38,508 nucleotides of DNA, taken from positions 1-38,508 of IMG/VR virus record IMGVR_UViG_3300045988_070743. The stretch is one strand, 5' to 3'. Of this stretch, positions 7,465-15,011 are shown piece after piece; within the stretch, counting starts at the first letter, position 1; every line of letters begins with the position of its first letter. The notes beneath the pieces were generated by a model. That model was not told where the DNA came from, made no database searches, and saw only the letters and a list, made by a program, of their open reading frames with translations. A program made the position numbers and the translations under genes. The DNA comes from a virus.

Positions 7465-8092
7465 AACACCACCTATTAAGAAAGGTGGAAGTAAGAAGAA
7501 AAAGATATTTTTATGGTGTGCAATTATTATTGTCGTTTTTTATGCAATTATTGCTATTGCTCCTAGTGAACCACAAAAGAAGTTAACATATACTGAAGAA
7601 ATAGCAGAAAATTGGGAAGTACCGGAAAAAGAAGTAAAATCTATTGTATCTGTTGCTAAAGAACTAGGAATTAAAAAATCAAAACTTCATATCACTCATT
7701 TAGATGAGGATTCTTGCACAATTAAATATATAGACACTGATATTACTTTTAATATTAAAGATGATACTGTAAGCACTGTTAAAAAGGATGAAACAGTATT
7801 CTATGAAAATGGTTCAGTTACTAGAATGCCTAGAACTGTTATTATGACACCAGCAGAAAAAGAAGCTTTATATGATTGGGTAGACATGGCAATCGCAATT
7901 CATTCAGATTTCAAAATATCGAAATTAGATAAAATCTCAAATTTCGATTGGATTAAACAAGATAATTCTTATGCAGTAAAAGGATACGCATATGTAGATG
8001 ATAAGAAACTTGGCTTTGTCATTACTTGTGATTGGACAGGAAACACTGATGAAGCACCAACTTTTAAAGAAATACAATGGTTTCCAAACTAA
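7448..8092 (+). CDS. N-terminally membrane-anchored protein co-transcribed with the repressor (candidate superinfection exclusion)
   Basis: A basic N-terminus is followed by the TM segment IFLWCAIIIVVFYAIIAIA. The functional guess rests on position only. Confidence 0.45.
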   Translation: MRNKTKTPPIKKGGSKKKKIFLWCAIIIVVFYAIIAIAPSEPQKKLTYTEEIAENWEVPEKEVKSIVSVAKELGIKKSKLHITHLDEDSCTIKYIDTDITFNIKDDTVSTVKKDETVFYENGSVTRMPRTVIMTPAEKEALYDWVDMAIAIHSDFKISKLDKISNFDWIKQDNSYAVKGYAYVDDKKLGFVITCDWTGNTDEAPTFKEIQWFPN

Positions 8093-8118
8093 AAAAGAGC
8101 GAAATTAATCGCTCTTTT
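8091..8118. terminator. Bidirectional intrinsic terminator
   Basis: AGAGCGA-aattaa-TCGCTCT hairpin flanked by an A-run and a T-run. Confidence 0.7.
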
Positions 8119-8233
8119 CATCTGTGGAATTTATCCAAATCCGTTGAGTATACTCATATACCTTTGCCACTTCTTTTTCTTCTAGTTCTTCTAACATTCT
8201 ATTAATTAATACATACATTTCATACTTCGTCAT
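8105..8233 (-). CDS. Small acidic protein downstream of int (42 aa), absent from the ORF track
   Basis: GGGGGA lies 6 nt upstream of ATG 8233. Sequence is MTKYEMYVLINRMLEELEEKEVAKVYEYTQRIWINSTDEKSD. The stop lies in the terminator loop. Confidence 0.45.
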   Translation of the reverse strand: MTKYEMYVLINRMLEELEEKEVAKVYEYTQRIWINSTDEKSD

Positions 8234-8312
8234 GTGGCTTCCCCCTTTCCTTAGAATTAATAACTCTAACGTTATTACTTATCTAACTATTTTTCAAGGG
8301 TAATTTTTAGTG

Positions 8313-9410
8313 CTAAAATTTGTCTTTCTCCATAAATTGTACAATGCCTTTATCTGCTTGAGGTAACCAATGAGCGTACACTGATAGCACTGTATCAAGG
8401 TTATCACCTAATCTTTTTGCAATATCGTATACAGAGAAATTCACTGTTCCATCTGTAACCATATTGTTAATCATGTAAGAAGCGCAGGAGTGCCTTAAAT
8501 CGTGTATTCTTATAATAGGTATCTGCTCATTTTGTTGTAGCTTGATATTCGTTCTCTTAATCGTTTCATTCATTTCTCTTCTAACCGTACTACGATAAAA
8601 AGGTATTGTCATGCCGAATATATAGTCATTCTCATTTGCGTGCATATTCTCTTTAAATATCTTGTATTCATCAGATAGAAACTTCGGCATAGTAATTAAT
8701 CTATAACTATTATTTGTTTTTGGCGTTGTTGTTTTTCTCAATGTTTCTGCCCATGTCTTTTGTATATTAATAGTATTATTTACTAAATCAATATCTTTCC
8801 ACTGTAAAGCTAATGTTTCGCCTATTCTCATACCCATATAGAATTGATTCATAAATAATAAATGATATACCGGTTTATCTTCATTTGCTATAAACTTGTT
8901 GAATTGCTCAACTGTCCAATACATCATGTCTTTCTTTTTTTTGTTTGGGTCTTTCTTCAAATCAATCTTATTACATGGATTCACTTGAATATATCCTTGT
9001 CTTACTGCATAGTTCAATACTGCTCTAAATTTAGTATAATAGTTTAGCACTGAATCAAATGTCATTGACTGCATTAATTTATTAATAGCTTTTTCGATAT
9101 TGTTTGATGAAAGCTTTTTTATTTCACATTCTCCCAACTCATCTTCCCAATATTTCAGAATTGCTCTTTGTGTAAAGTATGTACTTTCCTTAATTCTCTT
9201 TTCCGAGTATACTTGATATTGATAAGATAGTTTATTGAACGTGATAGTTGCGTTCGGTTCTTTTAAATTCTCTTTGAATAGAATCTCGGCTTTTATAGCG
9301 TCCTTCTTTTTTTCAAAGCCACGCTTCTTATATTGCTTGGTCTTTCCATTCAATTTGTATGAACCATAATACATCCATTTGCCTGTTGCTTCATCTTTCT
9401 TGACTGCCAT
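8313..9410 (-). CDS. int: Tyrosine integrase
   Basis: RIHDLRHSCASY ... LGD ... VYAH catalytic-region motifs. The best start is ATG 9410, 6 nt after GAGGTG. The track ORF extends to 9440. Confidence 0.9.
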   Translation of the reverse strand: MAVKKDEATGKWMYYGSYKLNGKTKQYKKRGFEKKKDAIKAEILFKENLKEPNATITFNKLSYQYQVYSEKRIKESTYFTQRAILKYWEDELGECEIKKLSSNNIEKAINKLMQSMTFDSVLNYYTKFRAVLNYAVRQGYIQVNPCNKIDLKKDPNKKKKDMMYWTVEQFNKFIANEDKPVYHLLFMNQFYMGMRIGETLALQWKDIDLVNNTINIQKTWAETLRKTTTPKTNNSYRLITMPKFLSDEYKIFKENMHANENDYIFGMTIPFYRSTVRREMNETIKRTNIKLQQNEQIPIIRIHDLRHSCASYMINNMVTDGTVNFSVYDIAKRLGDNLDTVLSVYAHWLPQADKGIVQFMEKDKF

Positions 9411-9477
9411 TTCTTGCACCTCTTTTTCTAAATCATACACAAGAAAAAGGATAAAAAAAAGGCATAATTCATGAAAG

Positions 9478-9652
9478 AATATGCCAAAAATATGCCAATA
9501 TTCATATATATGCTTTATATATAGGATTTTATTTATTATATCAGAATCGAACAGGTATATTCCACTCTGTCATTGTGGTAATTTATAGTACTTTTGTGTA
9601 CTCTAGAATACTGTAATTTTCAATATAAAATATGCCAATAAATATGCCAATA
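9478..9652. mobile_element. attP region with four arm-type repeats A(A/T)ATATGCCAA(T/A)A
   Basis: ATATGCCAA occurs at 9479-9487, 9490-9498, 9630-9638 and 9642-9650, as two tandem pairs flanking ~130 bp next to int. The core cannot be defined without the host sequence. Confidence 0.6.
9582..9610 (-). promoter_or_regulatory. Candidate int promoter sharing an operator/-10 block with the switch region
   Basis: The 14-mer TTATAGTACTTTTG (9583-9596) is identical to 6990-7003. Minus-sense it reads AAAAGTACTATAAA with an adjacent GAGTACA half-site. Confidence 0.4.
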
Positions 9653-9684
9653 AAAAATGCAGACTATTTTTTTTCAGTCTGCAT
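9650..9684 (-). terminator. Intrinsic terminator of the accessory operon
   Basis: 9-bp stem ATGCAGACT/AGTCTGCAT (9657-9665 and 9676-9684), followed on the minus strand by a U-run. Confidence 0.65.
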
Positions 9685-9846
9685 ATCTTTTCTGATTAAT
9701 TTTTTGATATATCCCATTTTAGAATCAACTTCATCCAATTTCTTTATGATGTCTGCGTCCGTGTTGTAACTTAAACGAACGCAAACCATCGTTGTATTAA
9801 GCTTATTCGATTTATTGTTAGCTCTAATCTTTGCCTCAGAAGCCAT
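9664..9846 (-). CDS. Small ribbon-helix-helix-like DNA-binding protein (60 aa)
   Basis: ATG 9846 lies 7 nt after GGAGG. The pattern is MASEAKIRANNK...VCVRLSYNTDADIIKKLDEV...GYIKKLIRKD (beta strand plus two helices). Confidence 0.45.
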   Translation of the reverse strand: MASEAKIRANNKSNKLNTTMVCVRLSYNTDADIIKKLDEVDSKMGYIKKLIRKDMQTEKK

Positions 9847-9857
9847 TAACATTCCTC

Positions 9858-10151
9858 CTAATACCACTCATCATCGTCGTCAAATTCATTTGTAAATTCA
9901 AATGTTTGCCCATTCTCTTCAAATGTCGCAATTTCATATTGTCCAACATACAGTTTATCAAGTTTCCAATTTCGTACAAATCTAAGCTCGCAACTATTTC
10001 GATACGTGTCAACTAATTCAGAAATATTCAAGATTTCATATCCACAATCAATCGCTTTCTGCTCATCTTCCATGTCCTCAATTATATAAATCTTATGACA
10101 TCCATCATATGCAAATTTATTTCCAACTACCTCAACATTATTAATTTTCAT
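9858..10151 (-). CDS. Hypothetical protein (97 aa, acidic C-terminus)
   Basis: GGAGG lies 8 nt upstream of the ATG. Confidence 0.6.
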   Translation of the reverse strand: MKINNVEVVGNKFAYDGCHKIYIIEDMEDEQKAIDCGYEILNISELVDTYRNSCELRFVRNWKLDKLYVGQYEIATFEENGQTFEFTNEFDDDDEWY

Positions 10152-10163
10152 TTCTTGTTCCTC

Positions 10164-10367
10164 CTATTCGCTATACATAAATGCGAAATTATCACTAATC
10201 TTTTCTTTTCTTTCAATGTAGCCAATTAAGAAATCCCATTGTCTGCAAGATATTACATCATCTTTGTAATATCTTCCTACAATTTCTTTCAATTCTTCTC
10301 CATTAACTGTATCCATCTTTTCATTTACTTCTTTACATACCTTTTGCAATTGCTTTAAATTTGTCAT
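10164..10367 (-). CDS. Hypothetical protein (67 aa)
   Basis: GGAGG lies upstream of the ATG. Confidence 0.6.
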   Translation of the reverse strand: MTNLKQLQKVCKEVNEKMDTVNGEELKEIVGRYYKDDVISCRQWDFLIGYIERKEKISDNFAFMYSE

Positions 10368-10443
10368 CTTGTGTTCCTCCTAAATTATTCAATTGTGATT
10401 TTCTTTCGTTGTATCTGTTACTACTAGAATGCCACTTAATATA

Positions 10444-10533
10444 TTACTTAACAAACCATACAATCAATATCGCAATTAATAATACAATAATAATTGTGTC
10501 TAAAATCATTTTAATTTTTTGCAGTCTTTCCAT
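10444..10533 (-). CDS. 29-aa hydrophobic peptide (MERLQKIKMILDTIIIVLLIAILIVWFVK)
   Basis: AAGGAGAAATAAAAA precedes ATG 10533. Single TM helix. Absent from the ORF track. Confidence 0.5.
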   Translation of the reverse strand: MERLQKIKMILDTIIIVLLIAILIVWFVK

Positions 10534-10579
10534 TTTTTATTTCTCCTTTTGTATGATACAATCAAGGTGAGCTAGGGAA

Positions 10580-10699
10580 TCAATTCCCTAAGCTCTTAAT
10601 GAATGTTATTATTAGCACTATAATCTCAATAACATTCTTAGCAATCTCTAAGTAGATGTTTACCCGTTCTGCTTTGTGATTGCCTTTTTTGTGGCTCAT
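10580..10699 (-). CDS. 39-aa peptide with basic N-terminus and hydrophobic C-terminus (MSHKKGNHKAERVNIYLEIAKNVIEIIVLIITFIKSLGN)
   Basis: AGGAGG lies 7 nt upstream of ATG 10699. It replaces the SD-less 62-aa track ORF 10638..10826 in another frame. Confidence 0.5.
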   Translation of the reverse strand: MSHKKGNHKAERVNIYLEIAKNVIEIIVLIITFIKSLGN

Positions 10700-10749
10700 T
10701 GACCATCCTCCTTTCCTTTAATTCCTTGCCTTTATCTGACCACATATAT

Positions 10750-10778
10750 AGTATAACATACACGTATATACGTGTAAA
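10750..10778 (-). promoter_or_regulatory. Sigma-A-type promoter TTTACA-17-TATACT with an embedded perfect 16-bp palindrome
   Basis: -35 at 10778-10773 and -10 at 10755-10750. ACACGTATATACGTGT (10760-10775) fills the spacer. Confidence 0.6.
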
Positions 10779-10791
10779 GAACTTTTTTAGG

Positions 10792-10823
10792 AAAATAAAA
10801 AAAGCCCTGATAAACAGAGCTTC
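10792..10823 (-). terminator. Intrinsic terminator after the lysin gene
   Basis: Minus-sense AGCUCUG-UUUA-UCAGGGCU followed by U7. Confidence 0.65.
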
Positions 10824-10897
10824 CATAGATTAACATCAAAATGAATATTAACCTCAAACCTATTCAATTATAACATACATACACATAGGCTTTAATA

Positions 10898-12640
10898 TTA
10901 TTTAAATAGTTTCGAAACCTTTTTTAATATTTTTAAAATCAAAGCGATAATACGATTGATTCCATTTACATTAATTTTATCATTTGAATCGCTTGTATCG
11001 TTTGAATCATCTTTTTTAGGATTGCTCAACTCATCTAAATATTGTGATACTAATAATTTAAAATCATCCCAACCTTCATCAAGAATCTTGTGTGGGCAAT
11101 ATTTATAATTACCACTTGTCATCTTGTAATCTTGGTGCTTTTTTAAGCAATCAATACTCAATCCATATTTATACAATAGCTCAGATGCAAGTCTTGCTCC
11201 ATTCTCTCTAGCTTTTTTCCATTCATCTTGTGAATCGTTATCATTATCCTTGGCGATTTCGATTTGGATACCTGTTCTATTACCAAATCCATATGCTCCA
11301 TCACCTGTTGCAAATGCATTACGATTCAATGGTAATGATTCAATGATGTCTTTATCATCCACCGAGAAATGCCAAGATTTATATTCCTTCGAATTGTGCA
11401 ATGCATTATTTAAAGCTCTAGCAGTTCCATTTGGTGTTGCCGAGTTATGGATGATAATCGCTTGAGGTTTATTCATTAAATAAGGGCATTTGTAAGGATA
11501 CAATCTCTTATTAATTAAATCAACGATAATACCGTCATGTTCAAGAACTTCATCAGTTTTATCCTTTCCTTCGTAATCTCCTTCATTAACCGATGTAAAT
11601 CCATTTGTATTTACAATGGGTTTCGAAGGGGTTGTGGGTGTTTCGGTAGGTGTTGTCGTTGGCTTTGAGTTGTTCGGAGCAGTAAATGTTGCCCACATTT
11701 GCGTTCTATCCTCTGTTGCAGATACGGCAACGAATACTTTTTTATCTCCGTCTTTGCCTACTACATATCTGTGCCCATTTCCTACATACTTCCAATAATA
11801 GCGAATTGAATCACCAGTGTTGTATGTTTTGCAAACATCACCTTTTGGCGAATCGTAACGTGCTCTCACACCGTCTACCGTGAATGTAGCGATACCATCT
11901 TCTTGTGTTAGGGTAATTGATTCGGTAGGTTTTTGTTCTTCAATAGAAGTAAATGTTGCCCACGGTTCTGTACCTTGCTCATTTCCATTCACTGCCACGA
12001 AATAACGATAGCTTGCACCATCTGCTTGATGTTCAACCCATGAAATATATCTGTGCCCATTTCCTACATATTTTTGCGTGTATTCTAGCTTTGCCCCTTT
12101 TTTCAATGTTTCTGCTACGATTCCATTTGGTGTATCTCTTCTTTTCTGAATGTCATACATTAATGTAGCATAAGCGTGTTCATCTATTAATTTAGATTCT
12201 ATATAATCGCTATTTTGAGTTTGATTTACTAAACATTTAGGTCTAAAGCCTGTATCATATGTGGCACTGTATGGAAATTTACATAAATTAAATGCTCCTC
12301 CTGCACCACCTTGATTTTGTCCTAAGAACCAACCATATTTTCCATCAATATCAGAATCAAAAATTGCAATATGCGAATATGGTGTAACTCCTGGCACTAC
12401 TTTGAACACGACAATATCACCGGGTTGATATACAGATACTTCAACACTGTTTTTCAAGATTCCATTTGTCTTTCTATATAGCCAAATGTCTTTAGCGTAT
12501 TTACTGACTGTACAACTAATTCTTGGGTATCCTAGTTTCTCATACCAATACATTGCACCATCCCAACATTGAGAGCCGTAAGCTCCATCAATGTCAATTC
12601 TTTTGCCTAATACAGCGTTTTTAAAACTTTGATAATCTAT
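10898..12640 (-). CDS. Modular peptidoglycan hydrolase (lysin): CHAP, 2x SH3b-like, Thr/Pro linker, amidase_2, amphipathic tail; probable ATA start
   Basis: CHAP motifs DIDGAYGSQCWDG (catalytic Cys) and YSHIAIF...GQNQ. Two SH3b-like repeats (...YVGNGHRY...WATFT). Amidase_2-like IIIHNSATP...WHFSVDD...YKYCPHKIL. The Cys lies upstream of the first ATG (12553). AGGAGG lies 9 nt upstream of ATA 12640-12638. Confidence 0.85.
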   Translation of the reverse strand: MDYQSFKNAVLGKRIDIDGAYGSQCWDGAMYWYEKLGYPRISCTVSKYAKDIWLYRKTNGILKNSVEVSVYQPGDIVVFKVVPGVTPYSHIAIFDSDIDGKYGWFLGQNQGGAGGAFNLCKFPYSATYDTGFRPKCLVNQTQNSDYIESKLIDEHAYATLMYDIQKRRDTPNGIVAETLKKGAKLEYTQKYVGNGHRYISWVEHQADGASYRYFVAVNGNEQGTEPWATFTSIEEQKPTESITLTQEDGIATFTVDGVRARYDSPKGDVCKTYNTGDSIRYYWKYVGNGHRYVVGKDGDKKVFVAVSATEDRTQMWATFTAPNNSKPTTTPTETPTTPSKPIVNTNGFTSVNEGDYEGKDKTDEVLEHDGIIVDLINKRLYPYKCPYLMNKPQAIIIHNSATPNGTARALNNALHNSKEYKSWHFSVDDKDIIESLPLNRNAFATGDGAYGFGNRTGIQIEIAKDNDNDSQDEWKKARENGARLASELLYKYGLSIDCLKKHQDYKMTSGNYKYCPHKILDEGWDDFKLLVSQYLDELSNPKKDDSNDTSDSNDKINVNGINRIIALILKILKKVSKLFK

Positions 12641-12665
12641 TAAAAAAAACCTCCTTTATATGCCA

Positions 12666-12674
12666 ATTATAGCA
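12666..12674 (-). promoter_or_regulatory. Extended -10 promoter TGCTATAAT directly upstream of the lysin SD
   Basis: Minus-sense TGCTATAAT, read as the reverse complement of attatagca. It is the same 9-mer as at 5267-5275. Confidence 0.4.
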
Positions 12675-12692
12675 CATAAAAGAGGTTTTTTA

Positions 12693-13130
12693 TCACTGGT
12701 ATACAGAGAACATTTCTCTTAATTTATCTCTTACCATTTCTCTTTCTTCTTGAAAGTCGCTAGACGTTTTCATTTCTTCTAAGATTCCATACATAGCACT
12801 TAAAAAGGCTTCTAACTCACGAATTGAATTTTGTTTATCTAGTTCATTGTTGCCTTTTCGATATTCTTTTTTAGCTTCTATGTATTTCCTAAAATGAGAA
12901 TTCATTAATGCGATATTATCATCAATTTCCGTTCCTTCAATATTTGTATCATTTGTTTTTAATGCGTTTATAGCAGTTCTTCCATCACTCATAGCTAGTA
13001 TTGTATCAATGTCTTTGATATTGTCTAAAGCTTGGCTCATGACTTTAAAATCTAAATCATTGTATCCTCTTTCTAATCCTCTCATCGCTTCCGTTAAGAG
13101 GTCTAGATTTCTTTTTCTAACCTCTTGCAT
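12693..13130 (-). CDS. Hypothetical helical protein (145 aa)
   Basis: ORF with TAGGTG upstream of the ATG. Last gene of the holin-lysin cargo block. Confidence 0.6.
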   Translation of the reverse strand: MQEVRKRNLDLLTEAMRGLERGYNDLDFKVMSQALDNIKDIDTILAMSDGRTAINALKTNDTNIEGTEIDDNIALMNSHFRKYIEAKKEYRKGNNELDKQNSIRELEAFLSAMYGILEEMKTSSDFQEEREMVRDKLREMFSVYQ

Positions 13131-13137
13131 GATACAC

Positions 13138-13557
13138 CTACGCTAACTTCTTAATGATGATATTTGCATTTTGAACAGATAAATCTAAGCCACTATTATT
13201 ACCTAGCGTAATTGTGTAAGACGCACCACAAGGTACTTGAATCAATGTAACTCCACTTACATTTCCATATGCGCTTGCAGTAGCTACATTATATAGAGAT
13301 TCTGTTCCTCCTACTGCTTCTCCATTCTGTTCTAATTCTAAAGAAGCAACTCCTACCGTTGTGCTTGTGATGTCTGCCGTATATTCTACTTCATAGATTC
13401 CTTGTTTCGTTAATGTAAACAGCCCACTTCCTACATCATGAGCGAGCCAACCTTTACATGCACATTGGCATGATTTTGTTCTTACTCTGTTTGTTGGGAA
13501 TAATACATTTTGTCCATTTGCTACTGTCTGAATTGACGTTGCTATACTATTAATCAT
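13138..13557 (-). CDS. BclA C-terminal domain-like (C1q/TNF-like jelly-roll) protein without a collagen stalk
   Basis: GLFTLTKQGIYEVEYTADIT, LELEQNGEAVGGTES and the C-terminal QNANIIIKKLA parallel the B. anthracis BclA C-terminal domain (...FYKITVIANTA, LTIQVNGVPVPGTGS, ...ASIIIEKVA) as I recall it. Confidence 0.6.
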   Translation of the reverse strand: MINSIATSIQTVANGQNVLFPTNRVRTKSCQCACKGWLAHDVGSGLFTLTKQGIYEVEYTADITSTTVGVASLELEQNGEAVGGTESLYNVATASAYGNVSGVTLIQVPCGASYTITLGNNSGLDLSVQNANIIIKKLA

Positions 13558-13573
13558 TTTCTTTTCCTCCTAT

Positions 13574-13604
13574 ATAAAATAAATGGGTAGCCTTTCGACT
13601 ACCC
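13574..13604 (-). terminator. Intrinsic terminator (GNRA-loop hairpin)
   Basis: Minus-sense GGGUAGUC-GAAA-GGCUACCC followed by AUUUAUUUUAU. Confidence 0.6.
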
Positions 13605-13639
13605 TATAATCCAAAGGCTATTGCCTAATCTCTTTCGAG

Positions 13640-14251
13640 CTAGATTTGGTTACATCCACAACCTGTCATATTATACGCATAATAAGGTGAGCAAGTAAGA
13701 TATGCAGGTTTTGGCGTTGGTTGCAATGTATTGATAATATTTGCAGATTGTGCCTGTTGGCTCAATTGGAAGTTTGCAGTTAATAAATCTCTGTCTCTAT
13801 CTGCTAATTTATCACGCAATTCTTGCATTGTGTTAGCATTGATTAATGCTCTTGTTGCTTCGCCTTCTGAGTGAATTGCAGTGGTAATATCACACGTGTT
13901 TTTAAAACTTTGTGCGTTTACACCATCAATCGCTCTTTGTGTTGCACAACAACATTCTTGGTTTTGTTGACCTAGATTCTGCAAACCTAATTGTGTCGTG
14001 TATCGGCTTTCTAGAATGTCTCTTGAATTTTGGAAACCTTGGCTAGATACATTTTGATTTGTATTGAACAAATCACGCTTAATAAATTCTTGATTCATTA
14101 ATTCGTCATTCTGTAGGTTGCCATTGTTACCCCAATTTCCACCAAATAGTAAAAATAACAGGATAATCCAAATCCAATATCCTCCACCAAATTCATTGTT
14201 GTTTCTGTCTGCTAAATCGTACATTGGTTGAATACCATTCATGCTTTCCAT
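13640..14251 (-). CDS. Membrane protein with N/Q-rich middle and Cys-rich segments (203 aa)
   Basis: GGAGG lies 8 nt upstream of the ATG. TM segment YWIWIILLFLLFGG. Cys clusters ECCCATQ and TGCGCNQI at the C-terminus. Confidence 0.6.
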   Translation of the reverse strand: MESMNGIQPMYDLADRNNNEFGGGYWIWIILLFLLFGGNWGNNGNLQNDELMNQEFIKRDLFNTNQNVSSQGFQNSRDILESRYTTQLGLQNLGQQNQECCCATQRAIDGVNAQSFKNTCDITTAIHSEGEATRALINANTMQELRDKLADRDRDLLTANFQLSQQAQSANIINTLQPTPKPAYLTCSPYYAYNMTGCGCNQI

Positions 14252-14275
14252 TTATATTTCCTCCTTTCAACGCAA

Positions 14276-14485
14276 TTAGCGTTTTAGCCAATATTGACTA
14301 GCCACATTTTCAAATTGTTGTTTTTGTTGTGGCGTTAAATTCCCCATCATATTATTCAATAATACTTTGGGATTCTGTCCACTTTGCATTAATTGTTGTA
14401 CTTGATTAAATGCTTGTGGATTTCTTTGTTGTAACATACCCAACAACATTTGTTGAGGGTTCATCATATTCATTAAAGGATTCAC
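14276..14485 (-). CDS. Met/Gln/Asn-rich small protein (69 aa)
   Basis: The GTG start overlaps the upstream TGA (GTGA), with GGAG 8 nt upstream. Low-complexity MNPLMNMMNPQQMLLGMLQQ... Confidence 0.55.
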   Translation of the reverse strand: MNPLMNMMNPQQMLLGMLQQRNPQAFNQVQQLMQSGQNPKVLLNNMMGNLTPQQKQQFENVASQYWLKR

Positions 14486-14916
14486 GCTTTAAGCTCCTTC
14501 CTAGGCGTTTCTTTATCTACCTTTGTATTTATATTACTTCCGTTTGTTAGACCTAATATCATAGCTTCTAGCTTGTCTAAGCGTTGTTCTATGTTGTCTT
14601 TCTTCGGCTCTGTTTCTTCTTGGAATCTGTATTTCTTGAAACTGCCGTCTAAAGACTTCATGTAGAATACTGAATCATTTCTATCTAGCATAATACTAGG
14701 CAGACCGTTCACCATCATATTCCTTGCTTCTTGTTCATTATTAACCCACTTACCATTAAAATCATTCAATGCCATGTTAGGTGTGATTTGGTTATTGATG
14801 TTAATAGGTGGAATATTCGCCATCTGTTGAATCGTCTGTAACTGTGATTCAATCATTTGCTTTTGATTCATTAAATTGTTAATTCTGTCATTAATTGGAT
14901 TATACATTTCGCTCAC
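14482..14916 (-). CDS. N/Q-rich hypothetical protein (144 aa)
   Basis: GTG 14916, or ATG 14907, follows GGAG/GAGGTG. It is preceded by a terminator and a TTGACA box. Confidence 0.6.
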   Translation of the reverse strand: MSEMYNPINDRINNLMNQKQMIESQLQTIQQMANIPPININNQITPNMALNDFNGKWVNNEQEARNMMVNGLPSIMLDRNDSVFYMKSLDGSFKKYRFQEETEPKKDNIEQRLDKLEAMILGLTNGSNINTKVDKETPRKELKA

Positions 14917-14983
14917 CTCTTTACACTCCTAATTATATTCATAGGCAGTTTCAGTTTGTTTTCACATTAATGTCAAGTAAATG

Positions 14984-15011
14984 CCAAAAAAAAGAGGTTT
15001 TTCAACCTCTT
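14984..15011 (-). terminator. Intrinsic terminator after the sigma-region-4 gene
   Basis: Minus-sense AAGAGGUU-GAAA-AACCUCUU followed by U-run. It overlaps the stop codon. Confidence 0.65.

Noticed and set aside
9544-9552. GAATCGAAC (reverse complement of the tRNA T-loop GTTCGATTC) in the attP region, as a trace of a tRNA integration core.
   Set aside because: The flanking bases do not form a T stem or an acceptor arm. This cannot be supported without the host sequence.
10638-10826. The 62-aa track ORF.
   Set aside because: It has no SD and spans the promoter and operator region. A 39-aa ORF in another frame (10580..10699) has a perfect SD and a coherent peptide.
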